A stretch of 61,336 nucleotides of DNA, counting the filler, from an uncultured Methanosarcinales archaeon (GTDB lineage: Archaea > Nanobdellota > Nanobdellia > Woesearchaeales > CAIVOO01): NCBI GenBank assembly GCA_964485195.1. It is 5 parts of 5 records of this genome, joined end to end, with 100 filler letters (N's around TTAATTAATTAA, not from the genome) between each part and the next. Parts side by side here need not be neighbours in the genome. Positions count along the whole stretch, not along the records: positions 32,737 to 45,455 come from CAZAIK010000006.1; positions 45,556 to 61,336 come from CAZAIK010000012.1; 3 more parts are not named here. One strand, given 5' to 3'. The notes under the pieces are model-generated. The model saw only the letters and a list, made by a program, of their open reading frames with translations, was not told where the DNA came from and ran no database searches. Shown in pieces: positions 38,766 to 48,298 of this stretch. Numbering within the stretch: the first letter of the stretch is position 1; each line of letters begins with the position of its first letter. The position numbers and the translations under genes were made by a program.

Positions 38766-39380
38766 GCGGTCTGTCGCCCTCATCAACTCTCTTCCGGGTC
38801 CCTGAACAACAACGCAATTGTTTTCCAAATAAACCTTCGTGTCATTGGCGTGCTTAAGGGATATGGCCGGCGAGCCAGCATTTTCGCAGGTTACAAGAGG
38901 CCTGCTAACACAGGCCTTTGTTTCATTAATGGTGCAGGCAGCTATGGGAGTGATGTTAAAGGTCTGGGCAAGGTTTATGCTGATTTCAGAAGCTGCCAAA
39001 GCAATATAGGAAAAATTTTTCCCGAGAGGGTTAAAGGTTATATAGATTTTAGTCTTATTTGTGAAAAAATTGTTAATATCCTTTGATATTGATACGTTTT
39101 CAAGCTCGGGGGGGCCATAATGAAGGGGAACCCTGTAAACTTTATTGGTTCCGGCCTTTTGTATCTCAGTAAACCACATCCCTGAAATATTTTGAAAAAC
39201 AAAACCATTATAAGAGTAAGACTGGAATTCTTTCTTTTCAGGAACAAAAAACCTTACAGACAGCAGGGATATTATAAACAAGACTATGATTATTATGGCC
39301 AGCCAGAAATATCTTGACTGTTTCTTTTCCTGCCCCTTTTCTTCAGATTGCTTTTTCTTAGCCATCTTGAATAATGCCAT
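38733..39380 (-). CDS. Membrane-anchored hypothetical protein (paralog of next gene)
   Basis: TM, YNGF.F, YITF, VTC.NA..P.I.L, N.C...G, +RL. Confidence 0.75.
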   Translation of the reverse strand: MALFKMAKKKQSEEKGQEKKQSRYFWLAIIIIVLFIISLLSVRFFVPEKKEFQSYSYNGFVFQNISGMWFTEIQKAGTNKVYRVPLHYGPPELENVSISKDINNFFTNKTKIYITFNPLGKNFSYIALAASEISINLAQTFNITPIAACTINETKACVSRPLVTCENAGSPAISLKHANDTKVYLENNCVVVQGPGRELMRATDRLLLKWFSIMP

Positions 39381-39927
39381 AAACTGAGTAAATAAGCCTC
39401 TCCCCCAGAATGCCTGGACTGCCCTTAAGCGTGATACAGCTGTTATTTAAAATTATTGAATCATTCGCAGATGTTTCTTCCAGCACAATAACAGGCACTG
39501 GAGGGGTGGCATTTTTGCAGGTTATGACAGGCAGGTTATTGTTATTTTCAGATACCAGCGCATTAATCACAAACCTTGCATTTGTTCCCAAGTTTCTTCC
39601 CAGATTATACTGGGCCAGGGCCAGTTCCTGGGAATCCCCTGTCTCATTATATGTTATGTAAACCATTCGCGCGTTTTGTATAAGGGAAACTGCTTGCGAA
39701 GGGAGTGATATATTCAGTAAAGTTGCAGGCAGATAGTTAAATGCGAGCATTTTTCCTTCTGTTTGAGTCACCCATTTGTTATTCTCATAAGAAAAGGAAT
39801 AATCATTATATCTGTATCTTTCAGCATCTCCCCCTCCGCTCCAGATAAATCCTATAGCGCTCAATGCCATTAGCAAAGCAATAAAAACAGCCACGTAGAT
39901 TATGGAGCGGTTTTTTTCCTTTTTCAT
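39358..39927 (-). CDS. Membrane-anchored hypothetical protein (paralog of previous gene)
   Basis: TM, YN.Y.F, YITY, ITC.NAT..PVI.L, N.CI.L.G, ERL.Y. Confidence 0.75.
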   Translation of the reverse strand: MKKEKNRSIIYVAVFIALLMALSAIGFIWSGGGDAERYRYNDYSFSYENNKWVTQTEGKMLAFNYLPATLLNISLPSQAVSLIQNARMVYITYNETGDSQELALAQYNLGRNLGTNARFVINALVSENNNNLPVITCKNATPPVPVIVLEETSANDSIILNNSCITLKGSPGILGERLIYSVYGIIQDG

Positions 39928-40029
39928 ATAAAGCCAGATTTGTCTTGATTTAAAAGGTTTGTTATTGAAATAGCGGGTTAAGTCAACTATCCTGTGTTGG
40001 CGCTGGTGCTGCCTGGCGCAGTTGCCAAC

Positions 40030-40330
40030 TAAAACCTTAGATTACAAATAAGTCGGGTTCAGGAGCGGTTTTGGAAGTGAACAGAGCTCAGCACCAGATT
40101 TTGCACAATTAACTTGACTTAACCGGGGAGATGGAACTTTCAAAAAGCCTGTAAGGATAGGGAACAGAATTGATATTGAAAGAGTGGGATTTGAGGTTAT
40201 GGGAATCAGGAAAACCCTGGGAAACCGCTTTTTAACACCCAAATATTGGTAAGCCAGGAAACTTTAAGGGGAATCACGGGCAATGAAAAGGAATACAGGC
40301 TTCTAACCTTAAACCTGCGGAATCTGTCAG
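40030..40330 (+). pseudogene. Remnant of a MacB/FtsX-type ABC permease
   Basis: FKKPVRIGNRIDIERVGFEVMGIRKTLGN between stop codons; boundaries approximate. Confidence 0.45.
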
Positions 40331-40370
40331 ATACGAATGATTTAAAAATAAAGACATCTTAGTCTCGGAT

Positions 40371-40529
40371 ATGAAATGCGAGATATGCGGTAATAAGATA
40401 GAGGAAACCTTCCTGAAAAAGATTTTGGGAAGCTATGTCAAGGACAAAAAAGGGAAAAAGCATTCAATTTGCAGGGAATGCCAGTCAAAATTCAAGTCCA
40501 AGGAAGAAATTCTTGAGACACTGAAATAG
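40371..40529 (+). CDS. Small zinc-finger protein (52 aa)
   Basis: Manual translation MKCEICGNKIEETFLKKILGSYVKDKKGKKHSICRECQSKFKSKEEILETLK; TTTAAAAA upstream. Confidence 0.8.
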   Translation: MKCEICGNKIEETFLKKILGSYVKDKKGKKHSICRECQSKFKSKEEILETLK

Positions 40530-40566
40530 CAAATAATTTAAAAACAAGATATAAAGCAGATTCTAC

Positions 40567-40655
40567 GCCCCCGTAGCATAGCAGCTATTGCGGCTGCCTC
40601 GTATTTTAATTAAAAAGAAAGCAGCAGGTCGTGGGTGCAAATCCCACCGGGGGCT
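40567..40655 (+). tRNA. tRNA-Thr(CGU) with a 16-nt intron at 37/38 (40604-40619)
   Basis: Acceptor GCCCCCG/CGGGGGC + U73, anticodon stem GCTGC/GCAGC, loop CT-CGT-A|A, T-stem GTGGG/CCCAC. Confidence 0.9.
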
Positions 40656-40711
40656 TTTGAACTAAGTGAAAAAATACAGGTGGACCAGTAAATGAGCAAA
40701 GCGGGAAGTAT

Positions 40712-41281
40712 ATGACAGAAAAGATGAAGAAGGAAAACCCTGAAGAGGTAGTTGAACAGGATATTGAGGTGGAGATTAGTCAGGAGGAATCCTCTTTCAA
40801 AAAATTCCTGGTGATTATAATGGCTGTTTTCCTAGCCCTTTTGGTCATTTCCTTTGCATTTGTAAATTATCCATTGGGGGACATTTTTCAGGGAAGAGTG
40901 GAGTCAAGGGAAATTGTGGGAAACATCCTTATGGCTAAAAATTTTTCAATCCTGTTTGAGAATAATACTGCCAATAGATTAAATAAGTTGTATTTTAAGG
41001 ACAGGACCAAGGAAATCAGCGTATGCCTCCTGGGCTACAAGGAAGAAAGGGAGTATCATATCACATCCTTTTACCAGCCAGAGACATATGCAGATTCCTA
41101 CAGCCACGTCTCTTTCAGGCCCTGCTCCAAAGACACTTTGATAATGCTTCACACACATCCCTACAGGCACTGCATAGCCTCCCAAACCGACCTGGAAACG
41201 CTGAACAAGACAAAACAGGTTAACCAGGATGTCTTGATGGTAATAATGTGCGAAGCAGAAAGGTTCAGTGTTTATTCATAA
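40712..41281 (+). CDS. Membrane-anchored JAB/MPN (JAMM) domain protein
   Basis: One TM, then E...CL.G and HTH-x7-S-x2-D (HTHPYRHCIASQTD). Confidence 0.75.
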   Translation: MTEKMKKENPEEVVEQDIEVEISQEESSFKKFLVIIMAVFLALLVISFAFVNYPLGDIFQGRVESREIVGNILMAKNFSILFENNTANRLNKLYFKDRTKEISVCLLGYKEEREYHITSFYQPETYADSYSHVSFRPCSKDTLIMLHTHPYRHCIASQTDLETLNKTKQVNQDVLMVIMCEAERFSVYS

Positions 41282-41727
41282 CTTAGTTTCTTTCTTGGAT
41301 ATTTCTCCTGCATTTGTTTAATAAAAAAGAGGTATTCTTTGTATATCTTAGCCCCAAACTCCATTTTTATTTTTTCCCTGTACTCTTTTTGTTTTTTTGT
41401 CAAGAATTCTTTTTCCCTTTTGGAATCATCATCCAGACCCTTGCTTTGTTTTAGAATAAATATGCTTTCATTAAAAGCCATTGTTCCCAGCACAGTTATT
41501 TTTTCTTTGCTGAATTGTTTTAGTTCATTAATTTCCAAAGCCCGTTTGATAAGGTCATTTACAACATCCTGGGTTAATTCTAAATTGACCTTTTGCAATC
41601 TTAAAACTATCCAGTCACCTTCAGAAACTTTAAGCTCTTCAACTACCTTTTTAGGTATTCTAACACAGTAAGAATTGCCCTGCTTTATCAGCTTGTTCGC
41701 TGTCCTTAGCCATTTATCCCTTGACAT
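41272..41727 (-). CDS. AbrB-domain protein with helical C-terminal extension
   Basis: K.IKQGNS..V.IPK.V...L....GD. Confidence 0.8.
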   Translation of the reverse strand: MSRDKWLRTANKLIKQGNSYCVRIPKKVVEELKVSEGDWIVLRLQKVNLELTQDVVNDLIKRALEINELKQFSKEKITVLGTMAFNESIFILKQSKGLDDDSKREKEFLTKKQKEYREKIKMEFGAKIYKEYLFFIKQMQEKYPRKKLSYE

Positions 41728-41728
41728 A

Positions 41729-41748
41729 TAATTACTTTGTAATTACAA
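41729..41748. promoter_or_regulatory. Putative AbrB operator
   Basis: TAATTAC direct repeat and TTGTAATTACAA palindrome next to the start codon. Confidence 0.5.
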
Positions 41749-41802
41749 TATTATTTAAGCTTTTTGGCAAATATTTAAAAACAGTTGTCATATTGCCTGG
41801 AT

Positions 41803-43560
41803 ATGCCAAGAATAGCTATTGTAAAGAAGGAACGCTGCAAGGGAGGGATTGACTGCCCCTACGTATGCCGGTCGGTCTGCCCTGTCAACAGGTCAGGCAA
41901 GGACTGCATCGTGACAGATGAAAAAACCAAGAAGGTCATAATAGATGAATCCCTGTGCATCGGATGCGGGATATGCCCCAAAAAATGTCCCTATGAAGCA
42001 ATTGACATAATCAAACTGCCAGAAGAACTGAAAAAGCCGCCTGTTCACAGGTACGGAAGGAACGGATTTCACCTTTACAATCTTCCCATCCCCATTTTCG
42101 GGAAAGTAGTGGGGCTTGTGGGGAGAAATGGGATAGGGAAAACCACTGCCCTGAAGGTTCTTTCAGGAATTCTGAAGCCGAACCTGGGGGAAGAAAAGGA
42201 GGCAAGCTACGAAGAGCTGATTAGCTTCTTCAAGGGAAGCGAAGCCCAGGTCTTTTTTGAAAAACTGAAGAAAGAGGAAATCAGGATTGCTTACAAGCCA
42301 CAGGCGGTCGACCTTATGGCAAGGCAATTTGAAGGGAAAGTGAGGGGCTTGCTGGAAAAGGTTGATGAAAAAAACCAGCTAATGGAGGTTGCTGAAAAGC
42401 TTGAAATCAGCAATGTATTAGATAATAATATCAAGGAGGTTTCAGGAGGGGAATTGCAGCGCATTGCCATTGCAGCCACTGTTCTCAAGAAAGCCAATTT
42501 TTATGTCTTTGATGAACCCACCAGCTATCTTGACATAAAACAAAGGATTAAGATTAGCAGGTTCATCAAGGAACTTGCAGATGAAGGAACCGCAGTGATG
42601 GTAGTAGAGCACGATTTGATAATTCTTGATTACATGGCAGATTTGATTCATATTGTTTACGGAAAGGAAGCTGGTTATGGGATAGTGAGCCTCCCAAAAT
42701 CTGTGAAGAACGGAATAAATGTTTACCTGGAAGGCTACCTGAAGGAGGAAAATATAAGGTTCAGGGACAAGAAAATTACTTTCCTGGCAAAACCGCCCTC
42801 AGAAAGCAAGAGAGATATCCCGCTGGTCTCCTGGAAGGGTATGACGAAAAAGGTGGGAAACTTTGAGATTGCTGCAGAAGAAGGAGAAATACGTCAGTCT
42901 GAAGTTTTGGGTGTTCTCGGGGAGAATGGTATCGGAAAAACGACTTTTGTGAAAATGCTTGCAGGGGTTTTGAAGCAGGATAAAGGCAGCATAGACAAGG
43001 AAGTCAAAGTTTCCTACAAGCCCCAGTATCTGAAGTCAGACTCTGAAGACGCTGTATCCAATATTCTGGGAGAAGCTATTTCAAAATATGAAGCGCAGTT
43101 AATCAGGCCTCTTAACATAAGGCCCTTGCTTACCAAGAGGCTTAATCAGTTAAGCGGAGGAGAACTGCAAAGAGTGGCTATTGCAGAGGCATTGTCAAAG
43201 GATGCTGAACTGTTCTTGTTGGACGAGCCGTCTGCATACCTGGATGTGGAGCAGAGGCTGACGGTTTCAAAGGTGATAAGGGATGTTGCAGAAAGCAAGC
43301 AGGCAAGCTGCATTGTGGTGGACCACGATTTGCTGTTTACAGATTACCTGTCTGAAAGGCTGATGATTTTTGAAGGGCAGCCTGCGGTCAGGGGCAATGC
43401 CCAAGGCCCCTTCTCTATGCAGGAAGGCATGAATTTTTTCCTGAAGGATCTGGATATTACTATGAGAAGGGAGACAGAAACGTTGAGGCCAAGAATCAAC
43501 AAGCCCGGAAGCCAGATGGATGTTAAGCAGAAAAGCGAGAACAAATATTACTATGTCTGA
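41803..43560 (+). CDS. rli: Ribosome recycling ATPase ABCE1/RLI
   Basis: N-terminal 2x[4Fe-4S] Cys motifs, two ABC domains (GRNGIGKTT, GENGIGKTT, SGGELQR), RPRINK..S..D. Confidence 0.97.
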   Translation: MPRIAIVKKERCKGGIDCPYVCRSVCPVNRSGKDCIVTDEKTKKVIIDESLCIGCGICPKKCPYEAIDIIKLPEELKKPPVHRYGRNGFHLYNLPIPIFGKVVGLVGRNGIGKTTALKVLSGILKPNLGEEKEASYEELISFFKGSEAQVFFEKLKKEEIRIAYKPQAVDLMARQFEGKVRGLLEKVDEKNQLMEVAEKLEISNVLDNNIKEVSGGELQRIAIAATVLKKANFYVFDEPTSYLDIKQRIKISRFIKELADEGTAVMVVEHDLIILDYMADLIHIVYGKEAGYGIVSLPKSVKNGINVYLEGYLKEENIRFRDKKITFLAKPPSESKRDIPLVSWKGMTKKVGNFEIAAEEGEIRQSEVLGVLGENGIGKTTFVKMLAGVLKQDKGSIDKEVKVSYKPQYLKSDSEDAVSNILGEAISKYEAQLIRPLNIRPLLTKRLNQLSGGELQRVAIAEALSKDAELFLLDEPSAYLDVEQRLTVSKVIRDVAESKQASCIVVDHDLLFTDYLSERLMIFEGQPAVRGNAQGPFSMQEGMNFFLKDLDITMRRETETLRPRINKPGSQMDVKQKSENKYYYV

Positions 43561-43740
43561 TAATTAAAGGTTTTTTGCCGGCTCAAAAAATCCCAGGTCT
43601 GTCCAGTTTTGTGAACATTCTCTTAAATCCTTTATGGTTAACCTGCCCTCATTATTCTTGAATGAAATGTCATTTTAAAGATTTTTGAAAACAGAATGAT
43701 TTATAAATTTTTGTAATTTCACCACTCTATAAAGGTTAAA

Positions 43741-44370
43741 ATGGCTAATTTCAGGTATCTCGGGCTTGATGAAACAAGAAACGGCAGAACAGATGTCCTT
43801 TTCGTAGGCGTAGCCTCATCCAATAATGCAGATATACAAAAATCTGAGAACCTCCGAAAACTGGATTTCAATGGATTAAGCAGGAAGAGCGGGAAGAAAA
43901 AGAAGAAGGGCGCAAAGCCGGCCTCTCCTGAAGTGTACCTCTCAAAAATTTTTGATATTATTGATGAAAAAGCAGATGAAAGCCCACAAAACAGGGATTT
44001 CAGGTATGTATTAATCCCTGAATATTTCAGTTCGCATTTCCACAAGCAGCAGATAAAGATTATTGGCTTTGCAGCGTTAATCAATGCCTTCGGAGAGCTG
44101 GAAAAAGTAATTATCGATGGCAATATGAGAGGGAAAAGCAGGGAAACCCTAAAAGGAAGGGCAGGGCCTGTGCCAATTATGGCTTCTGCTGAGGCAGATG
44201 TCACTTATCCCATTGTTAACATGGCTGACCAGATAGCCAATATTCTGTACAGGCTATACTCAGATTCCAAGAAAAATGGAGTTATTATGAGCAGGAGCCA
44301 GGACAGGCTGCTGGGTTCGCGCCTGATTGAGCCAAGATTGTCGGATTATAAAGGGCTAATAAAAAGGTGA
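43741..44370 (+). CDS. Divergent RNase HII-like protein
   Basis: GLDE...G, IIDG, AD..YPIV..A..IA. Confidence 0.55.
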   Translation: MANFRYLGLDETRNGRTDVLFVGVASSNNADIQKSENLRKLDFNGLSRKSGKKKKKGAKPASPEVYLSKIFDIIDEKADESPQNRDFRYVLIPEYFSSHFHKQQIKIIGFAALINAFGELEKVIIDGNMRGKSRETLKGRAGPVPIMASAEADVTYPIVNMADQIANILYRLYSDSKKNGVIMSRSQDRLLGSRLIEPRLSDYKGLIKR

Positions 44371-45297
44371 TTATTCCCACTTCCCGCATTTGGAGCCGAT
44401 GTGAGATATTTCTCCGCAGATACCTATCCTGATAATGTCACACTTGTTCACGCAGTCCTGGCATTGAAAAGCCTCTCTTTTTAGTTTGTATTTCCTGAAT
44501 TCCAGCCCACGGAATTTGGTTTTTTGGGGCAGGTTCCTTATCACAAGCAGTGCCATCCCAATGGCTCCCATGACCTTGTAATGCTCAGGTATTATTATTT
44601 TGGTGTTCAACTGCTCTTCAAATGCCTTGACAATTCCCTTGTTTGATGCTACCCCTCCAAGAAGGACAAACGGCTCTTCCAAATCCTTTCCCTTGGCAAC
44701 GTTGTTAAGATAATTTTTAACCAGGTTGCTGCACAATCCCTTGATTATGTCTTCAACCTTGTGGCCGGCCTGCTGCTTCTGAACCATGTCTGACTCTGCA
44801 AAAACTGTGCAGCGGCCTCCCACTTCAATGGCTTTTTTGGATTTCAGGGCGATCTTCCCAAAATCCTCTATGGGAATGCACAGCCGGCCTGCCTGCTGGT
44901 CAAGAAAAGAGCCGGTGCCTGCAGCGCATACAGTGTTCATGGCAAAATCAACAGGAACTCCCTTCCTGAAAATGATTATCTTTGAATCCTGCCCGCCTAT
45001 TTCAAAAACTGTCCTTGCTTCAGGATAAAATTTGGAAAGGGCTGCTGCGTGAGCTGTTATCTCATTCTTTACCAAATCCGCGCCGACCACCTTTCCGATG
45101 AATGTCCTTGCACTTCCTGTAACGCCGACCCCAATCACTTTGTAACCCTTGGGAATTTTATTGAATATGCTCCTCAATTTTTCCAATGGCTTGCCCTGGC
45201 TTCGCTCATAGAAAGTTTTCAAAACCTTGTTATTTTCAGAAATAAGCGCAACCTTCACGGTCACTGAGCCAATATCCAGACCCATTATGCATCTCAT
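44371..45297 (-). CDS. 2-hydroxyacyl-CoA dehydratase activator (BadF/BadG/BcrA/BcrD ATPase)
   Basis: GLDIGS.T.K, NEITAH, EIGGQDSK, MN..CAAGTGSFL, RCTVFAESD, GGVA.N. Confidence 0.93.
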   Translation of the reverse strand: MRCIMGLDIGSVTVKVALISENNKVLKTFYERSQGKPLEKLRSIFNKIPKGYKVIGVGVTGSARTFIGKVVGADLVKNEITAHAAALSKFYPEARTVFEIGGQDSKIIIFRKGVPVDFAMNTVCAAGTGSFLDQQAGRLCIPIEDFGKIALKSKKAIEVGGRCTVFAESDMVQKQQAGHKVEDIIKGLCSNLVKNYLNNVAKGKDLEEPFVLLGGVASNKGIVKAFEEQLNTKIIIPEHYKVMGAIGMALLVIRNLPQKTKFRGLEFRKYKLKREAFQCQDCVNKCDIIRIGICGEISHIGSKCGKWE

Positions 45298-45455
45298 TTT
45301 CTTTTATGATTTTCAAGCATATCCACAAAGGCCTCCACCCTGACTTTCATATTTTCCTCATTGGTATGGGCATCGTAGGAGAGGCTCAGGATAGGGGGAA
45401 ACAGCTTTTTATTCGAGGTCAGAACTTCATTGGCAACTTCCTCCGGAGTGCAGCT
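45294..45455 (-). CDS. 2-hydroxyacyl-CoA dehydratase-like subunit, C-terminal fragment
   Basis: Manual translation SCTPEEVA...PILSLSYDAHTNEENMKVRVEAFVDML; ATGA overlap with activator. Confidence 0.8.
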   Translation of the reverse strand, partial: SCTPEEVANEVLTSNKKLFPPILSLSYDAHTNEENMKVRVEAFVDMLENHKRK

Positions 45456-45555
45456 NNNNNNNNNNNNNNNNNNNNNNNNNNNNNNNNNNNNNNNNNNNNT
45501 TAATTAATTAANNNNNNNNNNNNNNNNNNNNNNNNNNNNNNNNNNNNNNNNNNNN
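45456..45555. other. Artificial contig linker
   Basis: N run + TTAATTAATTAA + N run. Confidence 0.98.
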
Positions 45556-45560
45556 TTCAG

Positions 45561-46769
45561 ATGACTTCAATATGCTTTTATTTTCAGGTGCATCAGCCTT
45601 TTCGTATGGTTAACTATCCTGTTTTTGATATAGGAAAGCATTCAGAATATTTTGACGATGCCAAGAATGAAGAAATCACGAAAAAGGTGGCGAAAAAATG
45701 CTATATCCCTGCCAACAGGCTTATGCTTGACCTGATTGAGAGGACAAACGGCAAATTCAAAATTGCCTACAGCATTTCAGGAACAGCACTTGAGCAGTTT
45801 GAGAAATACGCTCCGGAAGTGATAGACTCCTTCAGGGAGCTGGCAAAAACAGGCTGTGTTGAATTCCTCGGGGAAACATATTATCATTCGCTTTCATTTT
45901 TCTACTCCAGAAAGGAGTTTGAGGAGCAGGTGAGAATGCACGGCAAGAAGATAAGGAAACTGTTCGGGCAGAAGCCCAGGGTTTTCAGGAACACTGAATT
46001 AACATACAACAATGAGGTAGGGAGAGCAGCAGAGAAAATGGGCTACAAAGCTGTTTTGGCAGAGGGCTGGGACAAAATCCTTGAATGGCGCTCCCCCAAT
46101 TTTGTCTACAATCCCCTTGGCTCCAAAAAAATAAAATTATTGCTGAAAAACTACAAGCTGAGCGACGACATAGCATTCAGGTTTTCAAACAGGGGATGGA
46201 AGGAATGGCCATTGACAGCAGAAAAATATTCAGCCTGGATAGCATCCATGCAGGGCCAGACCATAAATCTTTTTATGGACTATGAGACAATAGGGGAGCA
46301 CCAATGGGAGGACACAGGCATATTTGGTTTCCTTGAAAAACTGCCTTTTGAGCTGCTGAAATACAATCACCTTGAGTTCAAGACCCCCTCTGAGATTGCA
46401 AAAATGGACTCTGTTGCCCAGCTTAATGTTCCTTACACAGTCTCGTGGGCAGACTTGGAAAGGGATTTGAGCGCCTGGACAGGCAACAAGATGCAGGAAT
46501 CGGCACTGCAGGAACTGTACAGCCTGGAAAGGCCGATAAAGAGAAGCGGCGACAAGAAAATGCTGGAGCACTGGAGGAAACTCCAGACATCAGACCATTA
46601 TTATTATATGTGCGTCAAGTATTTTGCAGACGGGGATGTACATAAATACTTCAACCCGTACGACACCCCATATGAATCATATATTAACTTCATGAACATA
46701 ATGAATGACATTATGCAGAGAGTGAAAAAAACAAGAAAAGCCTTACTTGGTTTTCCAGTGTTGAGATGA
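45561..46769 (+). CDS. Glycoside hydrolase family 57 (alpha-amylase-like)
   Basis: YFQVHQP.R, ETYYHSL, FRNTEL, LSDDIAFRF, DYET.GEH, SWAD.ERD.SAW, LQTSDH. Confidence 0.95.
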   Translation: MTSICFYFQVHQPFRMVNYPVFDIGKHSEYFDDAKNEEITKKVAKKCYIPANRLMLDLIERTNGKFKIAYSISGTALEQFEKYAPEVIDSFRELAKTGCVEFLGETYYHSLSFFYSRKEFEEQVRMHGKKIRKLFGQKPRVFRNTELTYNNEVGRAAEKMGYKAVLAEGWDKILEWRSPNFVYNPLGSKKIKLLLKNYKLSDDIAFRFSNRGWKEWPLTAEKYSAWIASMQGQTINLFMDYETIGEHQWEDTGIFGFLEKLPFELLKYNHLEFKTPSEIAKMDSVAQLNVPYTVSWADLERDLSAWTGNKMQESALQELYSLERPIKRSGDKKMLEHWRKLQTSDHYYYMCVKYFADGDVHKYFNPYDTPYESYINFMNIMNDIMQRVKKTRKALLGFPVLR

Positions 46770-46779
46770 GGTAATATTT

Positions 46780-48297
46780 ATGGCCAGGCCAAAAAACAAA
46801 GTAATCCTTGTGATAAGGGACGGTTGGGGTTATAGGAAATCGCCAGTTAAAAACGCTGTCAGGGCGGCAAAGACACCTGAAACTGATGCGCTGATGAAAA
46901 AATATCCGAACACCCTGCTTAAGGCAGCGGGGGAAGCAGTGGGGCTTCCAAAAGGGTACCAAGGGAATTCTGAAGTGGGCCATATGGCTCTCGGAGCAGG
47001 AAGGATTATCAAGCAGTCACTGACAAGAATTAACAAGGCAATAAAAACAGGGAAATTCTTTGAAAAACCTGCCCTGCGCAAGGCAATAGACAACTGCAAG
47101 AAGAACAAGTCAGCCCTCCACATAATGGGGCTGCTGCAAACAGAAGGGGTTCACAGCCACATCAACCATTTGTTCGCACTGCTGGACCTTTGCAAAAGGA
47201 AAAAATTCACGAAAAATGTTTACATCCACGTTTTCACCGACGGCAGGGACGCTCCGGTCACGGAAAGCGTCAGGCATATCAGGGAATTGGAAAGCAAAAT
47301 CAGGAAAATGGGAGGCGGCCCGGTGATTGCGACAGTTTCAGGAAGATATTACGCAATGGACAGGGACAGGAGATGGAAAAGAACCAGGAAAGCATATGAC
47401 TGCATCGTTAATGCAAAAGCAGAGGAATCATTCAATGATCCCTTAAAGCAGGTTAGGGAATGCCATCAGGCAGGAGAGACCGACGAGTTCATAAAGCCCA
47501 GAAAAGCTGAATGGTATGAAGGAGTCAAGCCAAATGACTCAATGATCTTCTTTAATTTCAGGACAGACCGCACAAGGCAGCTGACCAAGGCCATCGTGGA
47601 AAAGGATTTCAAAGGATGGAAACGAAAGCCATTGGACGTGTATTTTGCAGCAATGACTGAATACTATGAAGGCATGAATGCAGAGATAGCTTTTGAGGAA
47701 ATTCCTCTCAAGAACCTTCTGGGGGGAATCATAAGCAGGGAAGGGTGGAAGCAGCTGAGGATATCTGAAACTGAAAAATATGCTCACGTTACCTTTTTTT
47801 TCAACGGGCAGGAGGATGAGCCCTACAGGAACGAGGACAGGATATTAATCCATTCCCCGAAAGTGGCCACCTATGACAAAAAGCCGGAGATGAGCGTGTT
47901 CAGGATAAAGGGCAGGGTTGTGGGAGAGATAAAAAAAGGAAAATATGATTTGATCATAACCAATCTTGTCAACGGGGACATGGTGGGGCACACAGGCAAC
48001 TGGAATGCAACAATAAAGGCATTGGAAGCAGTTGACAAGTGCCTTGGGGAGATTGTGAGAGCAGGAAGAGAGAATAATTATGATTTCGTGATTTGCGCAG
48101 ACCACGGAAACGCAGAGGACATGACAGAGAAATGGAGGACTTCCCACACCATAAACCCGGTTCCCTGCATAGTCATCTCAGACAAGGCAAAAGCCCTCAA
48201 GAGGAACAAGGGGCTCAAGGACGTGGCTCCCACAATACTTGACATTATGGGACTCAAAAAGCCGAAGGATATGACAGGGGAAACATTAATCAAGTAA
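46780..48297 (+). CDS. gpmI: 2,3-bisphosphoglycerate-independent phosphoglycerate mutase
   Basis: DGWG, GNSEVGH, TDGRD, GRYYAMDRD, ETEKYAHVTFF, DMVGHTG, ADHGNAE. Confidence 0.97.
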   Translation: MARPKNKVILVIRDGWGYRKSPVKNAVRAAKTPETDALMKKYPNTLLKAAGEAVGLPKGYQGNSEVGHMALGAGRIIKQSLTRINKAIKTGKFFEKPALRKAIDNCKKNKSALHIMGLLQTEGVHSHINHLFALLDLCKRKKFTKNVYIHVFTDGRDAPVTESVRHIRELESKIRKMGGGPVIATVSGRYYAMDRDRRWKRTRKAYDCIVNAKAEESFNDPLKQVRECHQAGETDEFIKPRKAEWYEGVKPNDSMIFFNFRTDRTRQLTKAIVEKDFKGWKRKPLDVYFAAMTEYYEGMNAEIAFEEIPLKNLLGGIISREGWKQLRISETEKYAHVTFFFNGQEDEPYRNEDRILIHSPKVATYDKKPEMSVFRIKGRVVGEIKKGKYDLIITNLVNGDMVGHTGNWNATIKALEAVDKCLGEIVRAGRENNYDFVICADHGNAEDMTEKWRTSHTINPVPCIVISDKAKALKRNKGLKDVAPTILDIMGLKKPKDMTGETLIK

Positions 48298-48298
48298 T

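Noticed and set aside
23504..45555. Four identical TTAATTAATTAA palindromes within N runs, as a repeat family or mobile-element ends
   Set aside because: Fixed 100-nt all-frame-stop spacers used to concatenate contigs; ORFs containing X and any synteny across them are artefacts.
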